From NCBI GenBank assembly GCA_963744995.1, contig CAVUWA010000009.1, positions 64,001-128,000 on the forward strand: DNA of 64,000 nucleotides, in the 5' to 3' direction. A program made the position numbers and the translations under genes. This DNA comes from Candidatus Eiseniibacteriota bacterium. GTDB lineage: Bacteria; Eisenbacteria; RBG-16-71-46. Shown piece by piece: positions 55,317 to 64,000 of the stretch. The stretch's first letter is position 1. Each line of letters opens with the position of its first letter. A model generated the notes under the pieces. It worked only from the letters and a program-made list of their open reading frames with translations. It made no database searches and had not been told where the DNA came from.

Positions 55317-56888
55317 TCAGGGTGCCGCCGCCGCGGCGCGTGCGAGATCGGCGGCGTTGACGATCCGGGTCCGGCCCGCGACGTCGTAGAGCGCGATCCA
55401 CGCCGAATCCGGCACCACCGGGCGGACGATGAAGCGCACGTCGCGCACCGCCGGCGCGAACAGCCGCACGGCGAGGCCGCCGTAGAGCGCGCTCTGGACG
55501 TTGCGCTCCCAGTAGGTGGGGCGGGTCGAATCGGCGGCGGCCAGCGCGCGGGCGTCGGGCGAATAGAAGTAGAGCGTGACGCCCGCGGGCAGGTGTGCGG
55601 CATCGAGGCCCGCGCGCACCCGTGCAGCGATGAGGGCACGGTCGACGATCGGCTCGGCGCGCAGGTCGGCGCGGCCGAATGGCTGCGTCTCGATCTTGCG
55701 CACGAGCAGGGCCCCGTTCACCGTGAACGCGAGGGCGAAGAGCGCCGCCAGCGCCCAGCCGATGGCCGCGGCCCGGCCGGCCGGCCGCATCGGCGCGCCC
55801 CGCTGCCGGCGCTCCAGGGGGTCGCGATCGGTGCCGCCCGCCATCCAGGCCGCGCCGGCGTCCACGAGCGCGGCGACCGCGACCGCAGCGCCCGCCAGCG
55901 CGCCGTAGAGGTAGTAGTGGTAGGTGTGGTGGCGGAGCGGCACGACCGGCGCGATCAGCACGGCGTACAGGATTGCGCCGTGCAGCCAGCCGCGGCGGGC
56001 GAGCGCGGGCACGAACGCGAGGCCGGCCCAGAGGAGCAGCAACCCCGCGCCCCACCTGAACGCAGACGGGTCTATCGCGTCCGACCAGCCGTGCACGGAC
56101 GGCAGCCAGAGGTTCGCGGTCCAGCCGAGGTAGGTGGCGAGGTTGGCCACCAGGTGCGCGCCGACGCCGATCGTGTACGGCTCGGCGCCCGCTGCCGGCA
56201 CCGCGAGCCGGTTCTGGATCGCGAAGTAGACCCCGTAGAGCACCGCGAGCACGAGCATCGCGACGAGCGCGCCGTCCAGCACCGGGCCCCCGGAGCCCGG
56301 GCGGGCGTCGCGCCTGCGGTCGAGCAGGCGCCAGGCCACGATCGCGAGCGGCAGCAGCAGGACCGACTCCTTGCAGAGCAGCGCGAGCGCGAAGGCGGCC
56401 GGCGCGAGCCAGCGCGTCCGGCCGCGCGCCGCGGCCCACTCGAGCGCGAGCAGCGCGAACACCAACGCCCACAGGTCGCCGATGGTCGAGACCCAGTAGA
56501 CGGCGGTGAACGAGGCGGGATGCGTGGCGAAGAACACGGCGCCGGCGAATGCCGCGGGGCGGCCGGTGAAGCGCAGGATCAGCCGATAGACCAGCACGCC
56601 GGCGAGCGCGTGTCCGGCGAGGCTCGCGAGGTGGTAGGGCAGCGCGTGCAGGTCGGCGAGCGGCCGCATCACGTCGAAGAAACCCTGCAGTGCGAGCCAG
56701 CGCCACGGCTGTACGAAGCGCGGCAGCAGTCCCGCGGCCCGGCCGAGCGCCGCGAAATCGTCCTGCGAAAAGCCGTACGCGGTGGCACCCCGGAACACGA
56801 GGACCGCAGCGCACACGATCAGCAGGCCGGCGGCGAGATCCGGCGCCTTGACAGCGGCGCGGGGCCCGGGGTTCCCTACGGCTGCCAT
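55317..56888 (-). CDS. Membrane protein, GT-C/TMTC-like glycosyltransferase
   Basis: FSQDDF after the first TM, YHLASLAGH, FFATHP...AVYW, ALLCKES and HYYLY, followed by a soluble C-terminus. Confidence 0.65.
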   Translation of the reverse strand: MAAVGNPGPRAAVKAPDLAAGLLIVCAAVLVFRGATAYGFSQDDFAALGRAAGLLPRFVQPWRWLALQGFFDVMRPLADLHALPYHLASLAGHALAGVLVYRLILRFTGRPAAFAGAVFFATHPASFTAVYWVSTIGDLWALVFALLALEWAAARGRTRWLAPAAFALALLCKESVLLLPLAIVAWRLLDRRRDARPGSGGPVLDGALVAMLVLAVLYGVYFAIQNRLAVPAAGAEPYTIGVGAHLVANLATYLGWTANLWLPSVHGWSDAIDPSAFRWGAGLLLLWAGLAFVPALARRGWLHGAILYAVLIAPVVPLRHHTYHYYLYGALAGAAVAVAALVDAGAAWMAGGTDRDPLERRQRGAPMRPAGRAAAIGWALAALFALAFTVNGALLVRKIETQPFGRADLRAEPIVDRALIAARVRAGLDAAHLPAGVTLYFYSPDARALAAADSTRPTYWERNVQSALYGGLAVRLFAPAVRDVRFIVRPVVPDSAWIALYDVAGRTRIVNAADLARAAAAAP

Positions 56889-56956
56889 GGCAGCCGACGC
56901 CGTGGCGCGTCAGAGGGCCCCGCGCCCCGTTCCACAGACGGCCGGACGAGGACACG

Positions 56957-57457
56957 ATGGAAACCCTCTTCGACGAACCGATGGTGCGCTTCGGCACCTC
57001 CGGAACCCTGATTCTCGCCTACGGGCTCGCCGACGGCTGGGCGCGGCGCGCGGGCCGCCACCGTCCCCAGCGCCTGCCCGGCGCCGCGTGGGTACGCGCG
57101 ATCCTGTTCGTTTCGATCACGCTCTTCTACCTGCTGATCGGCCCCACGGGGGCCACGTTGTTCGGCGGGTTCGGCAACGCGATCGGCATCCTCGGCGTGC
57201 TGGCCGCGGCCCTCCTGCGCATCGCGCTCAAAGACGGCGATCCGCGCATTCGCTATCCGGAGGTCGCGACGCGGGTGCTGTTCTACGCCGCGCTGCCGCT
57301 CGCGGTCGGCGTACCGCTCGGCTGGCTCGCACTCTCGCTGCCGGCCGCACTGGTCTCGGGCGTCGTGACCGTCCGGGCGGATCGCAGCGGCAGCACGGCG
57401 GCGCACGGCGAGGCCGGATCCCTGCGCTCGTTCCGCTGGGTCCCCGGCCTCTGGTAA
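56957..57457 (+). CDS. Hypothetical membrane protein
   Basis: GAGGA RBS, about four hydrophobic segments, C-terminal RWVPGLW reminiscent of ICMT/PEMT-type proteins. Confidence 0.6.
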   Translation: METLFDEPMVRFGTSGTLILAYGLADGWARRAGRHRPQRLPGAAWVRAILFVSITLFYLLIGPTGATLFGGFGNAIGILGVLAAALLRIALKDGDPRIRYPEVATRVLFYAALPLAVGVPLGWLALSLPAALVSGVVTVRADRSGSTAAHGEAGSLRSFRWVPGLW

Positions 57458-57534
57458 CCGGACGGCGCACCCTGCGCGCCGCGTGATTCGTCGCCGCCCG
57501 GACACAGGTCCACCGTTGCGACGTCGCATCGGCT

Positions 57535-58815
57535 CTAGAACTGGTGCTCCTCGGTGGAATCCTTGAGGGCCGCGGTCGAGGTCTCGCCTGCGCTGATCAC
57601 GTTGGCGAGCGCATCGAAATAGCCCGCGCCCACGAATGCCTGATGTCGGACGGCCCCGTAGCCGTCCTCCTTGTGCGCGGCGAACTCGCTGTCCTGCAGC
57701 CTCGCATAGGCGGTCATCGCTTCGTCCCGGTAGCCGGTCGCGAGCTCGTGCATGGCCAGGTTCAGGGAGTGGAAACCGGCGAGCGTGATGAACTGGAACG
57801 CGTAGCCCATCGCGCCCAGCTCGCGCTGGAACTTCGCGATCGTCGCTGCGTCGAGCTTCGCCGACCAGTTGAACGAAGGCGAGCAGTTGTACGTCAGCAT
57901 CTTGTCCGGGAACGACGCATGGATGGCATCGGCGAAGCGGCGCGCTTCTTCCAGGTCCGGCGTCGACGTCTCGCACCAGAGCATGTCGGCATACGGCGCG
58001 TAGGCAAGGCCGCGCGCGATGGCCTGGTCGAGGCCGTTGTTCACGCGATAGAAGCCCTCGGCGGTGCGCTCGCCGGTCATGAAACCGTGGTCACGCGGAT
58101 CCACGTCGCTGGTGAGCAGGCCCGCGCTGTTGGCGTCGGTGCGCGCCACCAGCACCGTGGGCACGTCGAGAACGTCGGAAGCGAGTCGTGCCGCGCGCAG
58201 CTTCTGCACGAACTCACGGGTCGGCACCAGCACCTTGCCGCCCATGTGGCCGCACTTCTTGACCGACGCGAGCTGGTCCTCGAAGTGGACCCCGGCGGCG
58301 CCTGCTTCGATCATCGACTTCATCAACTCGAAGGCGTTGAGGTCGCCGCCGAAGCCGGCCTCGGCATCGGCCACGATCGGCACGAACCAGTCGTGCCGCG
58401 CTTCGCCGTGCTGCACGACGTCGATCTGATCGGCGCGCGCCAGAGCCCGGTTGATCCGGGCGACGAGCGCCGGGGCGCTGTCGACCGGGTAGAGGCTCTG
58501 ATCGGGGTACATCTGCCCCGCGGTGTTGGCGTCGGCCGCGATCTGCCAGCCGCTCACGTAGATCGCGCCGAGCCCGGCCGCGACCTGCTGCACCGCCTGG
58601 TTGCCGGTGAGCGCGCCGAGCGCGCGGACCGGCGGGTGGCCGGTGCAGGCCTCCCAGAGGCGGGTGGCGCCGCGGCGGGCGAGGGTGTGCTCGATCGCCA
58701 CGCTGCCGCGCAGGCGGACCACGTCATCGGCGGTGTAGTCGCGCTGAATGCCCTTCCAGCGGGGCTCGTGGGCCCACGACTTCTGAATGTCGGCTGCACT
58801 CCGGTGGGGGATCAT
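57535..58815 (-). CDS. aceA: Isocitrate lyase
   Basis: [60 protein letters not shown] and [10 protein letters not shown]. Confidence 0.97.
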   Translation of the reverse strand: MIPHRSAADIQKSWAHEPRWKGIQRDYTADDVVRLRGSVAIEHTLARRGATRLWEACTGHPPVRALGALTGNQAVQQVAAGLGAIYVSGWQIAADANTAGQMYPDQSLYPVDSAPALVARINRALARADQIDVVQHGEARHDWFVPIVADAEAGFGGDLNAFELMKSMIEAGAAGVHFEDQLASVKKCGHMGGKVLVPTREFVQKLRAARLASDVLDVPTVLVARTDANSAGLLTSDVDPRDHGFMTGERTAEGFYRVNNGLDQAIARGLAYAPYADMLWCETSTPDLEEARRFADAIHASFPDKMLTYNCSPSFNWSAKLDAATIAKFQRELGAMGYAFQFITLAGFHSLNLAMHELATGYRDEAMTAYARLQDSEFAAHKEDGYGAVRHQAFVGAGYFDALANVISAGETSTAALKDSTEEHQF

Positions 58816-58905
58816 GTCGGTCTCCTCATATCTGGATGGCGCAACGGGTTAACGCTGCTGCCTCACGTGGCTCCAGAGGTCCGGCGGCGGCCGCTCCGAC
58901 GCCTG

Positions 58906-60462
58906 TCATTCAGGGTCGAATCGGCCTGCCGTGATGATTTCTTCACTGATCTCGCGCGCCCGCTTGAGGCTCGCCCGGTCGCCGGTGTCCACCGCCGCAC
59001 CGAGCTCGGCCACCAGGCGCGCGAGCTCCTCGTCGAAGAGCCGCGAGACGAACGCGGCATCGTGACGGCAGGGGGCGCCGTCTTCGTCCTCGATGCGCAC
59101 CGCGTCCCGGTGCTGAATGCGCTGCGCGATCATCAGGCGGTAGATGCGGTCGGTGGCGAGATCCTCCATGTAGCCGTCGAGCAGGCTCGCGCCACGGCCG
59201 TTGACGACGCCGTTGCGGTAGCGGATCACGGTGCGGACCGCGGCCCGGGTGCCCGCCACCGAGCGCCGGCCGACCCCCGCCGGAATCGGCCGCAGATCCG
59301 GATAGCGTTCGATCCCCTGCGGGCGCCGCTCGAGCTGGTTCGGCGCGGGAAACTGCGCGACCGCGATGTCGTTCTGATCGGGGTGGCCCGTCCAGGCGCC
59401 GTCCATGAAGCAGGACGCCTCGTTGCGCTTGTCCTTTTCCAGCACGTCGAGCGCGCGCGCGTTGAGCTCGGGGTCCTCGCGGCTCGGATACAGCGCGGTC
59501 ATGCCGCCGATCGCGAGCGCACCGCGCCGGTGGCAGATGTCGGCGAGCAGCAGCCGCAGGCGCTGGAAGAACGGCACGTCGTGCGGAATCGTGTTGCGGT
59601 CGGGCAGCACCCACTCCGGGTCCGCGCGCGTGAAATCGATGAGGCTCGCCATGTAGTCCCAGCGGCCGAGATTCAGGCCGAGGATGTGATCGCGCAGATG
59701 GAACAGGAACTCTTCCATCTCGTAGGCGAGCGGATGGCTCTCGACGAGGGCCATGCAGCGGATCGACTCGGCGGGCCAGCCGCGCGCCGCGGCGAGCGCG
59801 GCGAATACGTCGGCCCACCAGAGCGCCTCTTCGGCGGACTCCGACTTGGGAATGTAGAAGGCGAGGGGGTGCCGCAGGGCGTCCGGGTCCACGCCGTGCA
59901 CGATCCGTGCGAGGTCGTAGAGCGACGCCGGCGTGACCTCGCCGGGGACGACGCCTCGCTGACCCGAGGTGGAGTCCCGCGCACACGGCTGAAGATCACC
60001 GTGGATCGAGGGGCGGATCGCGACGCGGCCGCCTCGTTTCGCATCCTCGTAGGTGAGTGCGCCGCGCAGAGCCGCCAGGATGTTCGCGATGCCCTGCTCC
60101 AGCGCGTCCCAGGTGTTGGCCATCGAGTCTTCGAGGTCCAGCATCACACCGGGAGCGCCGGAGTTGAGCATCTTCACCACCAGTTCCGCATCATCGGCGG
60201 GCCCGGTCATCTGGTTGCGCTGATCGAGGCACCACCCGGGGATCTCGATCCGCCAGTTGCTCGTGGTCGCGTCGGAGGCCGGCAGATGGTCGGGCATCCG
60301 CCCCGCATGCGCGGCCGCCAGGCGCTCGTGGCGCGTCGCCACGAGCGCGTCACGGCGGGCGGCGAAGGCGCGATGCAGCGGGGCGTAGAAGGCGGCGAAG
60401 CCGGCCGGCAGGTCGCGGGCCGGGTCGAATCCCTTCGGTGCACCGTTCATTCCATGACCCAT
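58906..60462 (-). CDS. aceB: Malate synthase (A-type, divergent), with three compensating +1 indels at about 59960-60007
   Basis: TGP, MLDLEDS, YIPK.ES, LVES, LNLGRWDY, AIGGM, DKRNEA, DGAWTGHP and MEDLAT. AAGGAG RBS. Upstream of aceA. Confidence 0.88.
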   Translation of the reverse strand: MGHGMNGAPKGFDPARDLPAGFAAFYAPLHRAFAARRDALVATRHERLAAAHAGRMPDHLPASDATTSNWRIEIPGWCLDQRNQMTGPADDAELVVKMLNSGAPGVMLDLEDSMANTWDALEQGIANILAALRGALTYEDAKRGGRVAIRPSIHGDLQPCARDSTSGQRGVVPGEVTPASLYDLARIVHGVDPDALRHPLAFYIPKSESAEEALWWADVFAALAAARGWPAESIRCMALVESHPLAYEMEEFLFHLRDHILGLNLGRWDYMASLIDFTRADPEWVLPDRNTIPHDVPFFQRLRLLLADICHRRGALAIGGMTALYPSREDPELNARALDVLEKDKRNEASCFMDGAWTGHPDQNDIAVAQFPAPNQLERRPQGIERYPDLRPIPAGVGRRSVAGTRAAVRTVIRYRNGVVNGRGASLLDGYMEDLATDRIYRLMIAQRIQHRDAVRIEDEDGAPCRHDAAFVSRLFDEELARLVAELGAAVDTGDRASLKRAREISEEIITAGRFDPE

Positions 60463-60606
60463 CGAACGCTCCTTGGGGGCTCGGGCGCGGTCGCCGGCGT
60501 CGTGGACGCGATGCGGTGGCCCGCAGCGCTGGACGCACGCGACGGGGGACCGCGTCCGGCGGTGATCGAGGCGCTGAGCGGCCTCGCGCGTCGCGAAGAC
60601 GGACCG

Positions 60607-60615
60607 AGTATAGCA
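60607..60615 (-). promoter_or_regulatory. Putative extended -10 for aceBA
   Basis: TGCTATACT on the - strand, about 145 nt upstream of aceB. Confidence 0.4.
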
Positions 60616-60665
60616 GCCTCTCCGGACATGCGCCGGTGCGCCCGCCTTAGGCGCCCGCGGGGCGC

Positions 60666-60694
60666 TTGACGCCGGGCGGAGGAGGGAGAATCGT
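60666..60694 (+). promoter_or_regulatory. Putative promoter for the DUF2891-like gene
   Basis: TTGACG-17 bp-AATCGT, ending 6 nt before ATG 60701. Confidence 0.35.
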
Positions 60695-60700
60695 GACGCC

Positions 60701-61762
60701 ATGCCGATGCGTGACGCGCAGCGCCCGCTGGTCGAGCGGTTCGCCGGGTTCGCCCTGGCCGCGGTCGCACGCGAATATCCGAACCACTTGAGCCTGCATC
60801 TGGAGAGCGACGCGGACCTCGCGCCGCCGCACGTGCTGACCCCGGCGTTCTTCGGGGCGTTCGACTGGCACTCGGCGGTCCACGGTCACTGGACGCTGGC
60901 GCGCGCGGCGCGGCTGCTCGTCGAGGGTGAAGTGGCCGCCGCCGCGCGGCGCGCCCTCGAGCGGAGCCTGTCCGCCGATCGTCTGCAGGCCGAGCTGCGC
61001 TTTCTCGGCGCGCCCGGTCGCGCCGGATTCGAGCGGCCGTACGGCCTCGCGTGGCTGCTGCAGCTGGCCCTCGAGCTGCGCGAGTGGGAGGACCCGGATG
61101 CGGCGCGCTGGGTCGGCGCGCTCGCCCCGCTCGAGGCGCACGCGGCGCGGGTGCTGGGGTCCTGGCTCGCGACGCTGCCGTGGCCGGTGCGCGGCGGCGA
61201 GCACGCCCAGACCGCGTTCGCGCTCGGGCTCGTCCACGACTGGGCACGCGGCACGGGCGAGACCGCGCTCAGCGCGCTGATCGAAGCGCGCGCGCGGGAC
61301 TGGTTCGAGGACGATCACGATGCGCCGATCGCCTACGAGCCTTCGGGTCACGACTTTCTCTCGCCCGTGCTCGGCGAGGCCGATCTCATGCGTCGCGTGT
61401 TCCTGCCGCGGCGCTTCTCCACCTGGCTGTCGTCGTTCCTGCCTCCGCTGGCGACGCCGGCGGCCCGGCGCTGGCTCGTGCCGGTGGAGTCGCCGGATCC
61501 CGCCGACGGCAAGCTCTCGCATCTCGACGGTCTCAACCTGAGCAGGGCCTGGATGCTCGAGGGGGTCGCCGCGGCGCTGCCCGACGGCGACCCGCGGATC
61601 CTGCCGCTGCGCGAAGCGGCCGGGCGTCACCGGGTGCGCGGCCTCGCCGCGCTCGACGAGGGGCGCTATGCGGGGGCCCACTGGCTGGGCTCGTTCGCAA
61701 TGTACCTGGTGACCCGCCGCGGGCGGGCGCCCTCGTCGCTGCGCCCGGGCGACCCGGGCTAG
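60701..61762 (+). CDS. DUF2891-like protein
   Basis: REYPN, PAFFGAFDWHSAVHGHW, FERPYGLAWLL, GEH.QTAF, EPSGHDFLSP, HLDGLNLSRAW and HWLGSFA. Confidence 0.82.
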   Translation: MPMRDAQRPLVERFAGFALAAVAREYPNHLSLHLESDADLAPPHVLTPAFFGAFDWHSAVHGHWTLARAARLLVEGEVAAAARRALERSLSADRLQAELRFLGAPGRAGFERPYGLAWLLQLALELREWEDPDAARWVGALAPLEAHAARVLGSWLATLPWPVRGGEHAQTAFALGLVHDWARGTGETALSALIEARARDWFEDDHDAPIAYEPSGHDFLSPVLGEADLMRRVFLPRRFSTWLSSFLPPLATPAARRWLVPVESPDPADGKLSHLDGLNLSRAWMLEGVAAALPDGDPRILPLREAAGRHRVRGLAALDEGRYAGAHWLGSFAMYLVTRRGRAPSSLRPGDPG

Positions 61763-61994
61763 GGCCCGGGGCCGGAGCGAGTCTCCTTTCGGATCATAGA
61801 CACCCCTCCGGGCCGCCCTATGCTGGAGCCGGTTCGAGGATCCGCCGGCGTGGCCCGCCGCCTGCGCCCCCGAGCCGGAACGACACCGCAGCGCCCACTT
61901 TCCCGTAGCGGGACTGCGGTCTGCGGGCGGGCGCCCCTGCCACGTTTCTCCGCCGTGCCGGAGCGCTCCGTGGCATGCCCCGGAGGTCTCATCG

Positions 61995-64000
61995 ATGAAC
62001 AGGGGACGGGCTCTCATGGCCGGCGCCCTTGCGCTGGTTCTGCTCGGGATCGCCGCGCCCGCCGCTGCGCGGCCGGGCGCCTCCGCGATCGGCGATCCGG
62101 GCGTCCGCCTGGTGGACGTCGGCGCGGCGCGCGGCATCCGCGGCTACCGCAACGCGGACGGTTTCGGCTCCGGGCTCGCTGCCGCCGATTTCGACGGTGA
62201 CGGCGACGTGGACGTCTACGTGCCGCAGGCCGGCGGACGCGACGACCAGCTCTACATCAACGACGGCCACGGCGTCTTCACCGAGGCGGCGTCAGCGTAC
62301 GGCCTCGCCCGCTCAGGTTCCTCGCGGGTCGCGTTGTGGTTCGACTACGACAACGACGGCGATCTCGACCTGCTGGTGATGAGCGACGACGAGAACGAGG
62401 CGTCGGCATTCCACCTCTTCCGGCAGGGAGAAGGCCGGCGCTTCGCGGAAGTCACCGCGGACGCCGGGCTCATGCGGTCCGCCACGATCATCCTGAGCCC
62501 GCTCCACTGGGGCGGCATCTGCGCCGGCGACATCAACAACGACGGCTTTCTCGATTTCTATACCGCGCAGTGGGGCGGACCGGCCTATCTGTTCCTGAAC
62601 GACGGTGACGGCACGTTCACCGACATCAGCGCATCGAGCGGCGTGTCGGCCGACTGGCCGGAGCGCCACCAGCCGGTCATGTACGACTTCGACGGCGACG
62701 GCTGGACCGACATCTTCGTCGCCGTGGACTTCAACCCGAACGAGCTGTGGCTCAACCAGCACGACAACACGTTCGTCAACGTGGCGCCGGAAGTGGGGCT
62801 GGACAATTCGATGAACGACATGGCCGTCACGCTGGGCGACTACGACGGCGACGGCGACTTCGACATCTACATCACCAACGTGTTCGTGAACGGCAAGTAC
62901 AACGTGCTCCACCGCAACGACTCCGAGCCCGGCATGATGCGGTTCACCGAAGTGGCGCGCGAGATGGGGGTCGACAACGGCCGCTTCGGCTGGGGCGCGA
63001 CCTGGATGGACGTGGACGACGACGGGGACGTCGACCTGCCCACCAACAACGGCTACTTCCCCGCGACCTGGGCACGGGACACGTCGATGTTCTTCCTCAA
63101 CGAAGCGTCCGGTACGCAGCCCTTCGCCGAGGTCGGCGCGCTCATCGGCTACGACGATCACGAATGGGGCAGCGCGCTCGTCGCGGCGGACTACGACATG
63201 GACGGCGACCTCGACCTGATGCAGACCTGCATCCAGAGCGCGCTGACGAACGGGCGGTTGCTCTACCTCGACAACCGGCGCGGCGCACCGGCCTCGGCCA
63301 ACCACTGGCTGCTGGTGCGGCCGCGCATCGACGGTCCCAACCGCTATGCGATCGGCGCCGTGGTGCGGGCGAGCGGCGGCCCACTGCACATGATGCGGCT
63401 GATTTCGGCGGGAACCAGCTACCTGAGCCAGGAGCCGGCCGAGGCGTTCTTCGGCGCGGGCGGCGAGACGGTCCTGGACGTATCGATCGAGTGGCCGGAC
63501 GGCGTCGTATCGGAGCTGCACGGCGTGCCGGTGGACCAGGTGCTGACCGTGACCCGCCCGGCGCCGCCCGCGGTCGAGGTGACGCCGGAGGAGACGACGT
63601 TCGAGCGCGTGCGGCTGCACTGGCGGATCGAGGGCGCGGCGAACTGCGCGATCGGCGTGGAGCGGAGCCGCGCGGGCGGGAACTGGTTGCATGTCGGCGA
63701 TGTGACGAGCGACGCACTCGGCCACCTCGACTTCGAGGATGCCTCGATCGAACCCGGCGCGACCTACCGCTACCGGGTCTCGTTCCGTCTCGAGGGCACA
63801 CCGTTCCTCATGGGGGAAGTCGAGGTGCGCGTGCCCGACGCCTTCTTCTCGCTGACCGGTTCGGTGCCGAACCCGAGCCCCGCGGGGCTCCACGTCCGCT
63901 TCTCGCTCCATGACGCCTCACCCGCCGCGCTCGAGCTCTACGATCCCGGCGGGCGGATGCTCACCCGGGTCGAGGTCGGCGCGCTCGGCGCCGGCCGGCA
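61995..64000 (+). CDS. Secreted CRTAC1/ASPIC-UnbV family FG-GAP repeat protein with C-terminal sorting domain (runs off window)
   Basis: Manual translation from ATG 61995 (GGAGG RBS): signal peptide; repeated DFDGDGDVD, DYDNDGDLD, DINNDGFLD, DYDGDGDFD; NHWL.V, NRYAIGAVV, SYLSQ, FFG, IEWPDG (UnbV/ASPIC); then PNPS...LELYDPGGR. Confidence 0.88.
   Translation, partial: MNRGRALMAGALALVLLGIAAPAAARPGASAIGDPGVRLVDVGAARGIRGYRNADGFGSGLAAADFDGDGDVDVYVPQAGGRDDQLYINDGHGVFTEAASAYGLARSGSSRVALWFDYDNDGDLDLLVMSDDENEASAFHLFRQGEGRRFAEVTADAGLMRSATIILSPLHWGGICAGDINNDGFLDFYTAQWGGPAYLFLNDGDGTFTDISASSGVSADWPERHQPVMYDFDGDGWTDIFVAVDFNPNELWLNQHDNTFVNVAPEVGLDNSMNDMAVTLGDYDGDGDFDIYITNVFVNGKYNVLHRNDSEPGMMRFTEVAREMGVDNGRFGWGATWMDVDDDGDVDLPTNNGYFPATWARDTSMFFLNEASGTQPFAEVGALIGYDDHEWGSALVAADYDMDGDLDLMQTCIQSALTNGRLLYLDNRRGAPASANHWLLVRPRIDGPNRYAIGAVVRASGGPLHMMRLISAGTSYLSQEPAEAFFGAGGETVLDVSIEWPDGVVSELHGVPVDQVLTVTRPAPPAVEVTPEETTFERVRLHWRIEGAANCAIGVERSRAGGNWLHVGDVTSDALGHLDFEDASIEPGATYRYRVSFRLEGTPFLMGEVEVRVPDAFFSLTGSVPNPSPAGLHVRFSLHDASPAALELYDPGGRMLTRVEVGALGAGR

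Noticed and set aside
61800..61990. tRNA-like GGTTCGA motif near 61830 (also near 16781)
   Set aside because: No cloverleaf, acceptor stem or CCA end can be built around either site.

Overview
A very GC-rich bacterial chromosomal segment of about 45 densely packed CDS. I found no rRNA, tRNA, CRISPR array, transposase or integrase. Three secreted proteins with C-terminal FlgD-Ig-like sorting domains, a kinase-STAND-TPR protein and a fused E1 dehydrogenase suggest an FCB-group lineage such as Ca. Eisenbacteria (inference only). Left to right: class II aldolase (partial); an HcrCAB/xanthine-dehydrogenase-like molybdo-flavoprotein operon with XdhC, MocA-like and YVTN genes; an MMPL exporter followed by a translationally coupled ynbABC-like phospholipid-synthesis cluster that ends in a PLP-enzyme/SDR fusion (best candidate for an undescribed system); an internally deleted acyltransferase_3; a MopE-repeat secreted protein; a Ser/Thr kinase-ATPase-TPR protein; Rieske, LOG, kynureninase-like, thyX and fdhD genes; GT-C-like membrane proteins; pdxH; a blue-copper protein/HAMP histidine kinase/beta-barrel module; acyl-CoA dehydrogenase; GGT; 2-oxoacid dehydrogenase E1; penicillin acylase; ROK kinase; a triheme cytochrome lipoprotein; miaB/queF; a 2024-aa subtilase; an RsbU-like phosphatase; a PQQ sugar dehydrogenase; aceA/aceB; a DUF2891-like gene; and a partial CRTAC1/FG-GAP protein. 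Several single-base indels in otherwise intact genes (LOG, GGT, aceB) look like long-read sequencing errors, so apparent fusions and pseudogenes here need read-level confirmation. All family assignments come from motif recognition, not database searches.
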